Origin: Carpediemonas membranifera BICM
Taxonomy: Eukaryota; Protista; Fornicata
NCBI GenBank assembly: GCA_019828565.1
Contig: JAHDYR010000066.1
Span: forward strand, 62,001 to 126,000
Length of the DNA stretch: 64,000 nt
Direction: 5' to 3'
This document shows, piece by piece, positions 54,297-64,000 of this stretch. Every line of letters begins with the position of its first letter. Positions within the stretch are counted from its first letter, which is position 1. The notes under the pieces are model-generated. The model did no database searches. It worked only from the letters and a program-made list of their open reading frames with translations, and was not told the DNA's origin. The translations under genes were made by a program, and so were the position numbers.

Positions 54297-56396
54297 CTAA
54301 ACCGCGTGCATCCGGAGATGTTTGCAGTCCCGGGGCATCTCATCGACAGGCAGGGGCGTCGTGTGACCATCACCGGACACGAACAGCCCGTCCGTGGTGA
54401 CGAAGACCACCGCCGTCATGGACGCCCGCACCTCGATGACCTTCCCGGGGATGTCGACAGACGCCCAGTCGGCGATATGTGCTACCTTGGACCCCACGCC
54501 GAGATACCCGCCGGGGTTAGCGCCCCGGCCGTACCAGATGCCGTTGGACTCGACGAGCAGTGACACCGTGGGCAGCAGGACAACGGTGTCCAGGCGGGTC
54601 GGGGTATCCGGGATGCACTGCACGGCGTCCTCGGACGGGCCCGTCTCCAGGTCGGCGGAGGACGACGTCAGGGGCTTGACGAAGCACAGGTCGCCAGCGG
54701 CACTGACGAGCAGGACGGCGGAGTCCGACTGGATGACACGACGGTACCCGGTGGCGACAATGTGGGGCGAGACAAAGACGTCTTCACCACACCGGCCGGT
54801 CCACAGGAGATCCCCGGATCCGGTCAGGATCAGGGTCCATGACGGTCCACACGCGACATGGGCGACCGGGATCTGTCTGGACCCCGGGAGCTGGGCCCGG
54901 GTCCACTCAGTCACCACGGGGTCGTCGTCACTCAGAATATCGGCAGAGACAGGGCCGATGCCGAGGATGCCGCTGGTGCTGGCTCCGACGGCGTACAGCT
55001 CGGGTCCGACCCGGGCGAAGGTCGACTGCCCGTCAGACCAGATCATATCGATGTCCAGCCCGTCGTCCGGGAGAACCGTCCAGTCGGTCACGGGCCGCGT
55101 GTGACCCAGACCGAGGGCCCCGGTGGCGTTGGATCCAATGGCGGCCCAGCGGTGGCGGGTGGCCTGCCGCACGAAGATCGAGGAGGGGGTGGCGACTATC
55201 CGGTCGACCTGCCCGTCTAATGGCACCCGGCTGAGCCGCTTGAGCCCTAGGGAGGCGGCCAGGGCCTGGTCCCGGACCCACAGCCACGCCGCGTCGTCCG
55301 TGTGTGCGACGAGCGCCTCGTGGTCGCCGATGAATGAGCGGGCGGTGAGGGGCAGGGCCTGCACGCTCGCCCCGTCCCGGACGGTGAGCTTGTCCCTGAC
55401 AAGTGTCACCGTACCAGGTTGGGTCTCGTGGGGCGCGGCGGCGTCAACAGCGTCGCTCTGGTAGGCTAGGGCGACGTTGTTGGCGTCTGAGAGGAACCCT
55501 GGGCCCCGTGTGACGTGGGGTGACCCTGACGCGGGCAGGAGGTCGAGGGCGTGCATGCCTGAGACCAGCGGGGTCGTGTCGGCCTCGAGGTCGAGGGCAG
55601 CGCGGTGCTCCCGCTCCATCCCGATTCGCTTCATGTTCTTGCGGTAGAGCACGAATCGCTGGAACACAAAGGTGGTGTCGAACATGAGAGATATGCAGAA
55701 GAGGAACTTTGGCAGGTTCTCGAGGATGTTGAAGTGCTGGTGCGAGAGGTCGACGATGAGCTGGGCGAGGTACATCGTGGACGCTGTGATGTCGAGTATG
55801 GAGCTCATGATGGCCCAGCCCTCGGTGGACCTACGCTTGATGTTCATGACGAGCTGCGGTAGGTACATGATCACTGACGCCGCGTTCTTGATGAGGCCGA
55901 GGGATGCGAGGATGTAGTAGGGCGAGATGATGTCGAACACGGCGAGAGCGACAGGCACCGTGAAGATGGCGACAGAGAGCAGGAGGAAGACAGCCGTGTA
56001 CCACCCGGGGCGCTGGTGGCCGGCTGGGAAGATAACGTACTGTATCATGAGGACGCCGCAGCACATGAAGGCGTGGGCTGAGAAGAGCACGTCGGACACA
56101 TGGACGGGGATATCGGAGATCGAGCTGACGTCACCATGGAGGGAGATGTAGACGTCCTGAACGGGCCGAACGAAGCGCAGGCATATGTTATAGATCGTGT
56201 AGCAGAAGAACCCAGCGAGATTGATCAGCCCGAAGTCTAGCGAGTAGCCCACCATACTCCTGTTGTAGAAGTTCTTCACAATCTGCGGCCAGAAGGAGGC
56301 GGACCAGATAAAGAAACTAGCCCATCCTAGAACGAATGAGATCGCCTTAAGAAGGAAATCAAAGGTGAGATAGCCCGAAATCGAGCCGATGCTCAT
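54297..56396 (-). CDS. Cystinosin-like PQ-loop transporter fused to an RCC1/BLIP-II-like domain
   Basis: GWASFFIWSASFWPQ and YLPQ..N..RRSTEGW in the N-half; GSNATGALGLG and GANPGGYLGVG repeats in the C-half. Confidence 0.8.
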   Translation of the reverse strand: MSIGSISGYLTFDFLLKAISFVLGWASFFIWSASFWPQIVKNFYNRSMVGYSLDFGLINLAGFFCYTIYNICLRFVRPVQDVYISLHGDVSSISDIPVHVSDVLFSAHAFMCCGVLMIQYVIFPAGHQRPGWYTAVFLLLSVAIFTVPVALAVFDIISPYYILASLGLIKNAASVIMYLPQLVMNIKRRSTEGWAIMSSILDITASTMYLAQLIVDLSHQHFNILENLPKFLFCISLMFDTTFVFQRFVLYRKNMKRIGMEREHRAALDLEADTTPLVSGMHALDLLPASGSPHVTRGPGFLSDANNVALAYQSDAVDAAAPHETQPGTVTLVRDKLTVRDGASVQALPLTARSFIGDHEALVAHTDDAAWLWVRDQALAASLGLKRLSRVPLDGQVDRIVATPSSIFVRQATRHRWAAIGSNATGALGLGHTRPVTDWTVLPDDGLDIDMIWSDGQSTFARVGPELYAVGASTSGILGIGPVSADILSDDDPVVTEWTRAQLPGSRQIPVAHVACGPSWTLILTGSGDLLWTGRCGEDVFVSPHIVATGYRRVIQSDSAVLLVSAAGDLCFVKPLTSSSADLETGPSEDAVQCIPDTPTRLDTVVLLPTVSLLVESNGIWYGRGANPGGYLGVGSKVAHIADWASVDIPGKVIEVRASMTAVVFVTTDGLFVSGDGHTTPLPVDEMPRDCKHLRMHAV

Positions 56397-56568
56397 TTGC
56401 CGCGCCCTTAAGCTGCACTGTTGTTGGAAGCAGCCGAGAGCGGACCCCGGGGGACCCACGCTACCACCACGGACCATGCAAGGCACAGTCAATCATTGCT
56501 GGGAAGTCGACTCTAATCGAGTTACAATTGCAGCCGCACCTTCATGACATGCCAATCAACAAGTTGAA

Positions 56569-57276
56569 ATGCGGATCGAACGTTACACGCTTGCAATGGC
56601 TGCTATTATTGCAGTTTGCTACTGCATATGCCCAATTGATGACAGCATCTCTCTTATGGCCATCTACGACAACTGCAACGGCGACATGTGGATCGAACCA
56701 ACCAACTGGGGTTCGGATGCGAATAAGTGTGACTGGAAGGGCGTTACCTGCAACTCCGAGGAGCATGTTGTTGGACTGGACCTGTCCTTCATGAACGTCG
56801 GTCCGACCTGGCCAACCGACCTCGAATGCCTCCCCCTCCTCCGCTCTCTCAACCTTAGCAACAACCCCATCTTCAGCTCGGTCCCGGACATGCTGGGGAA
56901 CCTCTCTGGGCTGAAGACCCTTGACCTCAGTCACATGGGCCTCGTCGGCGAGGTTCCCGCCTCCCTGTGCTCGGCAGAGTTCCTGCGCGAGATCGACCTC
57001 TCGGGGAACTACCTGACCAGCGTCCCCTCATGTCTTCTTTCCATGCCGTTCCTGCAGACCCTGGACCTATCCTGCAACATGCTGGCCGAGGACTACTCCG
57101 GCATGCTTGGGCTCGAGCAGGGTGTCGCCTGCATCATTGGCGGGTTCGCCACTAGCTATAACATATCCTGCAACCCGGCCAAGTCCGGTGCCGAGACCTG
57201 CGAGTGTGGTAGGATTCCTCAGGGGGTCTGCCCCAGCGAGGTTGAGACTGAATGCGGCGTGGGTCTGCTGGAATAG
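56569..57276 (+). CDS. Secreted leucine-rich repeat protein (plant-type LRRNT cap)
   Basis: Signal peptide, CDWKGVTC cap and LxxLxLSxN repeats; start may be 56596. Confidence 0.85.
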   Translation: MRIERYTLAMAAIIAVCYCICPIDDSISLMAIYDNCNGDMWIEPTNWGSDANKCDWKGVTCNSEEHVVGLDLSFMNVGPTWPTDLECLPLLRSLNLSNNPIFSSVPDMLGNLSGLKTLDLSHMGLVGEVPASLCSAEFLREIDLSGNYLTSVPSCLLSMPFLQTLDLSCNMLAEDYSGMLGLEQGVACIIGGFATSYNISCNPAKSGAETCECGRIPQGVCPSEVETECGVGLLE

Positions 57277-57631
57277 CGGGGGAGTGGATCGTGGAATAAA
57301 ATCAAATATCGTGCTCCCGATCAGCGGGTAAGGGAAAAATGTCACTGTGAATTGATTGATTCAGCAAGGTGTACACGTTTTAGTCTCTCTGGTCGATTCG
57401 TTATCACGCTAATGTTGGCAGTAGCGGCGAGCTGGATGCATTCGAATGTGTCGAGGAAAATGTTGAATCTGATTGATCTCCTCTTGAATGTTCGGTGGTG
57501 GTTTTAAGCATCCAACAAAAACTAGGCAAGGTCACGTGGCTTGGACTGAGAATGTGATTCCCGCGGCCAACATGGGCAACTGTACATTTCGTGGACTCGG
57601 GGCGACTGTAGCACAAACACCACAGGGCTGA

Positions 57632-59239
57632 ATGCAAGGCAATCCGCAGTATCCCGATCATTTAATGACGGAAGCGATGGCCTATATGCAAGAGCGGCCA
57701 AGTGACCCCCCAATGAACGCGATTCCACGCCCTCTCTCTGCACCAGGGCCTTCTCTTTCTAACGACGATCTGCTGCACTTCGCCTCCTTTGATGCAGATG
57801 ATATTCCGGAAGACCTCCGCACCCATGAGCTGTATGACCAGTTCTACCGCGAGCAGGTGGACCGGTACCCCGATTTGCCCCCTCCACTCTGTTCGGGAAC
57901 GGACAGCCCGATGCTCAACCTTGACGCCCTCGGACGGATCGAATCGCCCCGAGACCTTGCGCTTCCGATGTTTACCAACGAGTACAAGGACGAGATGCTC
58001 TCGCTCCCCATGGGCAGCCTCCCCGGCTCCCTCGGCGTCTTCACCGCGCCCCCCTCTCAGCTCGGCCGCGTCAACAACACCATGCGCCCACAGTTCGACA
58101 AGCCCGCCAAGTCCGAGGAGCTTTCTGTGGTCAGGATCGTCGGCCAGGTCTCCTCGATCGCCCGGGATCAGGCCGGGTGCCGCGAGCTGCAGGACAAGCT
58201 CAAGGCGTACGCCGACAGTAGCCGCAGGGTTGGCGGCGACTACTTCCAGATCATCTACAACGAGGCCCGCGAGGTGCTCACCTCGCTGATGGTCGACCCG
58301 TTCGGCAACTACTTGTGCCAGAAGCTCTTTGAGGTCTGCACGGCCGCCCAGCGCCAGGTACTCCTCGACGAGATCCACCAGGAGCTCCACACGATCTCCC
58401 TCAACATGCACGGCACGAGATCCGTCCAGAAGCTCATCGAGGCGGCGGAAACGGACCTGGAGCGGCAAACTATCATCGAGGGATTGCGCCCGAGCTTCGT
58501 TACGCTCATCAAGGATCTCAACGGCAACCACTGCATCCAGAAGTGTCTCACCTGCTTCCCCCCGGATAAGAACCAGCTCATCTTCGACGCCGCCGCCAAG
58601 GCCTGCGTTGAGATCGCCGTCCACCAGCATGGCTGTTGCGTCTACCAGCGATGCATCGACGCGGCTACCCCCCAGCAGCGGGCCCGGCTTGTCGACGAGG
58701 TCATCCGTAACTCGGTCCAGCTCATCCAGGACAGCTACGGCAACTACGTCTCCCAGTACGTCATCCAGCTCGACCACCGCGCCGCGGACGACATTGTCGA
58801 CAGCATCCTCCACTCGACGTCTGCGGCGGGGTCGGCCCGGGACGAGATCTCCAGGGAGGCCAGCCAGCTCGTCATGCAGCTGGCGACGCAGAAGTTCAGC
58901 TCCAACGTGCTCGAGAAATGCCTCGAAATGTCCACTGCCGGCTCGCGGTCCCATCTGGTCGACGCGATCATCGGGGACCCTGGCTTCATCGTGCTCCTGT
59001 CTGATCCCTATGGGAACTACGTAATCCAGAAGGCCATGCCCTTCTGTAACAAGCGCCAGTTCAAGGTCATCTGCGACGCCGTCGAGCGCGAACTGCCGAC
59101 CCTCCGCGCCTCTCCGTTCGCCAAACGAATCATCGCCAAGTGTGGAGTGGGCGGTGGGGCGGGCATGAAGTCCCCCGAGCGGACCCCTGTCCGGTCCCCC
59201 GGCCAGCGCGGCAGACGCGGTCGCCGTGGACGCCGTTAG
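57632..59239 (+). CDS. Pumilio/PUF RNA-binding protein
   Basis: Eight PUF repeats (DQAGCRELQ, DPFGNYLCQK, NMHGTRSVQK, DLNGNHCIQK, HQHGCCVYQR, DSYGNYVSQ, QKFSSNVLEK, DPYGNYVIQK). Confidence 0.93.
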   Translation: MQGNPQYPDHLMTEAMAYMQERPSDPPMNAIPRPLSAPGPSLSNDDLLHFASFDADDIPEDLRTHELYDQFYREQVDRYPDLPPPLCSGTDSPMLNLDALGRIESPRDLALPMFTNEYKDEMLSLPMGSLPGSLGVFTAPPSQLGRVNNTMRPQFDKPAKSEELSVVRIVGQVSSIARDQAGCRELQDKLKAYADSSRRVGGDYFQIIYNEAREVLTSLMVDPFGNYLCQKLFEVCTAAQRQVLLDEIHQELHTISLNMHGTRSVQKLIEAAETDLERQTIIEGLRPSFVTLIKDLNGNHCIQKCLTCFPPDKNQLIFDAAAKACVEIAVHQHGCCVYQRCIDAATPQQRARLVDEVIRNSVQLIQDSYGNYVSQYVIQLDHRAADDIVDSILHSTSAAGSARDEISREASQLVMQLATQKFSSNVLEKCLEMSTAGSRSHLVDAIIGDPGFIVLLSDPYGNYVIQKAMPFCNKRQFKVICDAVERELPTLRASPFAKRIIAKCGVGGGAGMKSPERTPVRSPGQRGRRGRRGRR

Positions 59240-60413
59240 CCACCCGAACGGCGGGATATGTTGTTGTATCGTAAAGAAATATGAAATATTGAAAGCGGGG
59301 CACTGAGAGTGCGATCCATCGTTGTATGGTGGACACGGTGCACTATGGTGGTGTTGGGAGTGCTTTGGCCGCGAGCAGGTTTGCCCAGTGATCAAAGATC
59401 GCGACAGCGAGATCTGGCGATGTCCGCGACTGCTGGCCCAGATGAGATTTGGAGGTTACTTGTACTGTTCTTCTTCGTCTGCATGGTGGTTATTACGGCG
59501 TGCTGTCCGTGCATTTGCTTCGTATCATTCGTTTGCTTCAGACTTGTGTGGAGGGTTGGTTTGAGGCCTTCAGATGATTTTAACTACCATGTTATGATCT
59601 AGCCGTTCGGCTTATTGCTTCTGCTGAGCGTTAGTTTCTCCTAGACCGAATAAACCTTGTGTTATGTTACGTTCGCTCTTCCATCGCTTTCCCAGCCAGA
59701 TTTGAGCACCCAGAAGGCCAAAACGACGCAATCTCGGCCAGTCAGGTCCAATGCTTGCCACTGTGTCGTTTTCACCACCCGCACGTGTCGACCATCGGAT
59801 TGCCTCGGGCTGACAAATCAATACCCCGGGTGTTAAAACACGACGCGCTGTGTGCGTATACGTGCCTCTTTCACCCACTAGTACGTCTGTGAAGACGTCC
59901 GCTCTGTCTTCTGCTGGTTGTCGAGTCTGCTGGCCGTCTCAATCCCCAGGCATCGACTCAGAAAATACAAACATAAATCGGCCCCACAGCCCTCAATGGA
60001 CCGTAGAGCGTTGGCACAGCATCGATTTCTTTTTCCTCGCCTGTGTATCTGAAAAATCAGAAAGATTAGATTTTCGTTACGGAATCCAGAGATCAGGTGA
60101 TTTCTCCGTTAGCATACCCGACTCACAAAAATTTCCTCGGCCCCGCGCAAGACTATCAGCTCAGTCAGCAGGCCTGTACTACAAAGTCGACACATGTGTG
60201 TCGTTGAGTCGAGTCTCAAATCCGCCGTATCGATCGTGATGGCGTCATATGCATGTGCAGGGAAAAAACACAGGTCATAATTGGGTCAACAGCCCGAGTA
60301 GGCACTGTGCTGGCCGATGGAGGCATTTGCCCCGGCGTATCACCGTGCAGGTTCGTGTTTTCAAACTTTGACCGGCGACGACTCTCCCCGGGTTTCTTTA
60401 GAACTAAGCCGTT

Positions 60414-63400
60414 ATGGCCCCGCACCACGTGCTGCCTCGTCAGGCAATTAATTATTGGTTTGTGCTCTAGAATACTGTTCTCTAACACAGGGATGGCAAT
60501 AGAGCCACCGCTCACATCGCTCACGCGTTCACTGAACAATGCTTCCTCTATCCCATCACTCCTTCCACCCCTATGGGTGAAACCCTCGATAAGCTTGTTG
60601 CTAACGGCTACCCTAACTGCATGGGTGATCAGGTCGAAAGCCACCAGATGCAGAGCGAGCTCGGCGTCGCCGGCGCTGTTCACGGTTCTTTGACCAGCGG
60701 TGCCCTCACCACCACCTTCACCTGCAGCCAGGGTCTGATGCTCATGCTGCCCACTCTCCACCGTATCGCCGGCGATGGCCTTCCCGGCGTCATCCACGTT
60801 GCCACCCGCGCTGTTGGCACCCACACTTCCAAGTTTGTCCCCCCATGCGCCCTTACCATAGCATTCACTGCGACCACTCCGACGTTATGGCTTGCCGTAA
60901 CACCGGCGTCTGCATGCTGTCCTCCAACGACCCCCAGTCCGCCCACGATATGGCCGCCATCACTCACCTCGCCGCCATCCGCGCCAAGCTGCCCTTCATC
61001 CACTTCTTCGACGGCAACCGTACTTCCCACGAGCAGCAGCTCGTCAAGGCGATCAACTACGATCTGCTCGAGTCCATGATCGACCCCGACGCCCTCGCCG
61101 AGTTCCGTGCCAACAACCTGCACCCCCACCGCCCCATGATGCGCGGTACCATCGGCAACAATGAGACCTACTGGCTCGGCTATGAGCGCAACAACAAGGC
61201 CTACGAGTTGACCCCCGCCATCGTCCAGGAGACGATGGATCTCTTCAAGGAGGTCACCGGCCGCGAGTACCGTCTCTTCGATTACTACGGCCACGACGAC
61301 GCCGAGGAGGTCATCGCTGTGATGGGCTCCGCAGTCGGCACCGTCAAGGAGGTCGTGGACTATCTCAACTCCCAGGGCAAGAAGGTCGGCGTCGTCGCCA
61401 CCCACCTCTACCGCCCCTTCTCCCTCGAGGCCTGCGTGGACGCCATTCCCAAGTCCTGCACCCGCCTCACCGTCCTCGACCGCGTCAAGGAGCGCGGCTC
61501 GATGCAGCCGCTCTACTTCGACCACCTCGAGGCCGTCAAGTCCTCGGGCCGCCCCATCAACGTCATCGGCGGCATCTACGGCATCGGTGGCCAGGACTTC
61601 ACGCCCCAGATGTGCATGGAGGTCTTCTCGAACATGGCCCGCCCCAAACCCCGTCACAACTACACCATCGGTGTCGACGACGACGTCACCTTCCAGTCGA
61701 TGCCCTACAACCACCAACCCATGGTCAACACCAGCAAGCCCGGCACCATCCAGTGCATCTTCTACGGCAGAGGCTCCGACGGCACCAAGACGGCCACCCA
61801 GACCGGTGCCCGTCTCATTGCCACCCAGACCGACCTCGAGGCCCAGGCCTTCTTCACCAACGACGCCAAGGTTCGTACCCCATCATCCAGTTACACAGAA
61901 GTCCGGCGGCATGACCGTCTCACACCTCCGATTCTCCCCCGACAAGATCGACTCGGCCTACCGCATCACCCAGGCGGACTACATCGGCATCCACCAGCCC
62001 GAATACGCCCGCACCGTCGACTGCGGCGACCGTCTCCGCGTCGGCGGCAAGGTGCTCGTCAACTACTACGACAATGACATCCTCGTCGACCAGCTCCCCG
62101 CCAAGTTCAAGCGCGAGCTGGCCGAGCGTGACGGCAAGCTTTTCATGGTCAACGCCCCCGCCATCAACCGCTCCGTCAAGCTCTCCCCCGAGAAGATCTC
62201 GACTGCTCTCATGGCCGCCTTCTTCCGCGTCCAGGAGCTGCCCCAGCTCTCCGTCGACGACTCGATGCGCCTCTACATGAACGAGGTCAAGAACACCTTC
62301 AAGAACGACCTCAAGAAGCTGACCCCCAACCTCAAGGTCATCGAGATGCTCCAGGAGAACCCCGATCTCATCCAGGAGGTCACATATGACAAGGAGGCCT
62401 GGCTCAATGCCACGGACGCCACCGAGGAGATCGCGATCGGCGACGTCATGGAGCGCTACAACAACCTGCCCCGCTCCCAGTGGAACACCGTCTGGCAGGG
62501 CACCGTCGGCAAGGCCTTCAAGGCCACCCGCGCCCCTGACCTCAAGGTCTCCCAGATGCTCCCCTTCGGCATGACCCCTGTCGGCACGTCCCAGCTCAAC
62601 CAGGACGGTGTAGCCCAGCAGGTGCCCGACTGGTCTGCCGAGAACTGCATCGAGTGCCTCCGCTGCGTCGTCTCGTGCCCCCACTCGGCCATCCGACCCG
62701 TCATCTTCCGTGAGGGCGATGCCCGCGTCGATGCCCACAACGCCAACCTCCCCGAGGGCGCCAAGCCCTTCCAGTCGATCCCCTTCATCAAAAAGTACGC
62801 CAAGAAGCTCGAGCTCCAGGACCACCAGTTCCGCATCCAGGTCGCCCCCAACGGCTGCGTCGGCTGCGGTGTGTGCCAGCAGGAGTGCCCTGCCGACGCC
62901 ATCTCGATGCCCCTCGACCGCACCCAGATCGAGGCCTCCATGCACGAGCAGGCCAACTGGGATCTGGCCATGGAGCTCGGCGTGCCCGACTTCCCGGCCC
63001 CTGCCCCCGCTTCTGAGACCAAGCAGATCGACCTCGTCAAGACCGCTGTCAAGAAGCCCCTCTACGAGTTCTCCGGTGGTACGTACCAACCCCCTTTACT
63101 GTTACACAGCTTGCGCCGGCTGCGGCGAGACCCCCTACATCAAGCTCCTCACCCAAGTCCTTGGCGAGCGCCTCCTCATTGCTGGCGCCACAGGTTGCTC
63201 TTCTGTCATTACAGCCTCCTACCCCTTCTCGGCCCTCACCACCGACGGCGAGGGCCGCGGCCCCGCCTGGTCCCGCTCGCTGTTCGAGAACAACGCCGAG
63301 CACGGCCTGGGCATGGCGTACACCGTGTCGTACCGCCGTAACCAGATCGCCCGCATGATGACGTCGATGCTGACCGACTCCCGCTCCCTCCTCAACGACA

Positions 63401-64000
63401 AGCTCGCTGAGGCCTTTGAGCAGTGGCTGGCCGGCAAGGAGGACCCCGAGGAGTCCGCCCGCCTGTGCCCCATCATCAAGGAGATGTGCCAGAGGAACCT
63501 GACGTCCGACACGACGATGTCGTCCCGCCACTATTCCACGGCCTACCGCTACCTGCAGCACATCCTCCGCTTCGCCGACTTCCTGCCCAAGATCTCCGTC
63601 TGGACCATCGGCGGTGACGGCTGGGCCTACGACATCGGCTACGCTGGTATCGATCACGTGCTCTGCAACACCGAGCCCGTCAAGATCCTCGTCCTCGACA
63701 ACGAGCAGTACTCCAACACTGGCGGCCAGCTGTCCCACGCCGCGCCCCCCGGTGTCGTCGGCTCCCTCACTGCCGCCGGCAAGGACAACCACAAGAAGGA
63801 CCTCGGTCTCATCGCCATGTCCCACCGCAACGCCTACGTCGCCTCCATCGCCATGGGCGCCGACCCCGTCCACGCCCTCCGCTGCATCAAGGAGGCCGAG
63901 GCCTTCGACGGTCCCGCCATCATCCTGGCTCTGGCGTCATGCAAGGACTGGCGCATCCAGCACGGCCTGTCCCGCTCCCAGAAGGCGCAGAAGGACGCCG
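60414..64000 (+). CDS. PFOR: Pyruvate:ferredoxin oxidoreductase (partial at 3' end); introns 60458-60490, 60833-60861, 61871-61898, 63079-63109
   Basis: Spliced product has DGN..YPITPS, MQSELG, HFFDG.RTSHE, KKSGG, two 4Fe-4S motifs, FSGACAGCGETPY and the TPP motif GGDGWAYDIG. Confidence 0.95.

Noticed and set aside
59309-59602. Small Cys-rich hydrophobic ORF after the Pumilio gene
   Set aside because: Atypical codon usage and no recognisable motif; cannot be supported without expression data
60573-63341. PFOR as a frameshifted pseudogene or split gene
   Set aside because: All frame breaks are resolved by short canonical introns

Overview
Gene-dense, GC-rich eukaryotic DNA from an anaerobic flagellate. 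PFOR, a Cpn60 without a presequence, IFT43, and 28-37 nt GT-AG introns point to a free-living metamonad such as Carpediemonas; this assignment is inference. About 35 housekeeping or hypothetical genes are present, including XRN1, primase small subunit, acyl-CoA synthetase, Cpn60, NXF1, PI synthase, glycogen branching enzyme, TBCB, transportin, a CMTR1-like enzyme, a Pumilio protein and PFOR. The main discovery is a set of small mobile elements with TG...CA termini and short target-site duplications (TSDs) that carry Fanzor (eukaryotic TnpB-like RNA-guided nuclease) genes and no transposase. Family A has two near-identical copies (389-2013 and 35080-36706). Family B is a diverged, nearly intact element (24709-27312) with a hairpin-rich candidate omega-RNA. 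In each element the 3' terminal ~30 bp is repeated in direct orientation near the 5' end. A 46-bp solo family-A unit with its own TSD sits at 44619-44664, and two 63-65 bp TG...CA mini-elements with 5-bp TSDs form a third family.
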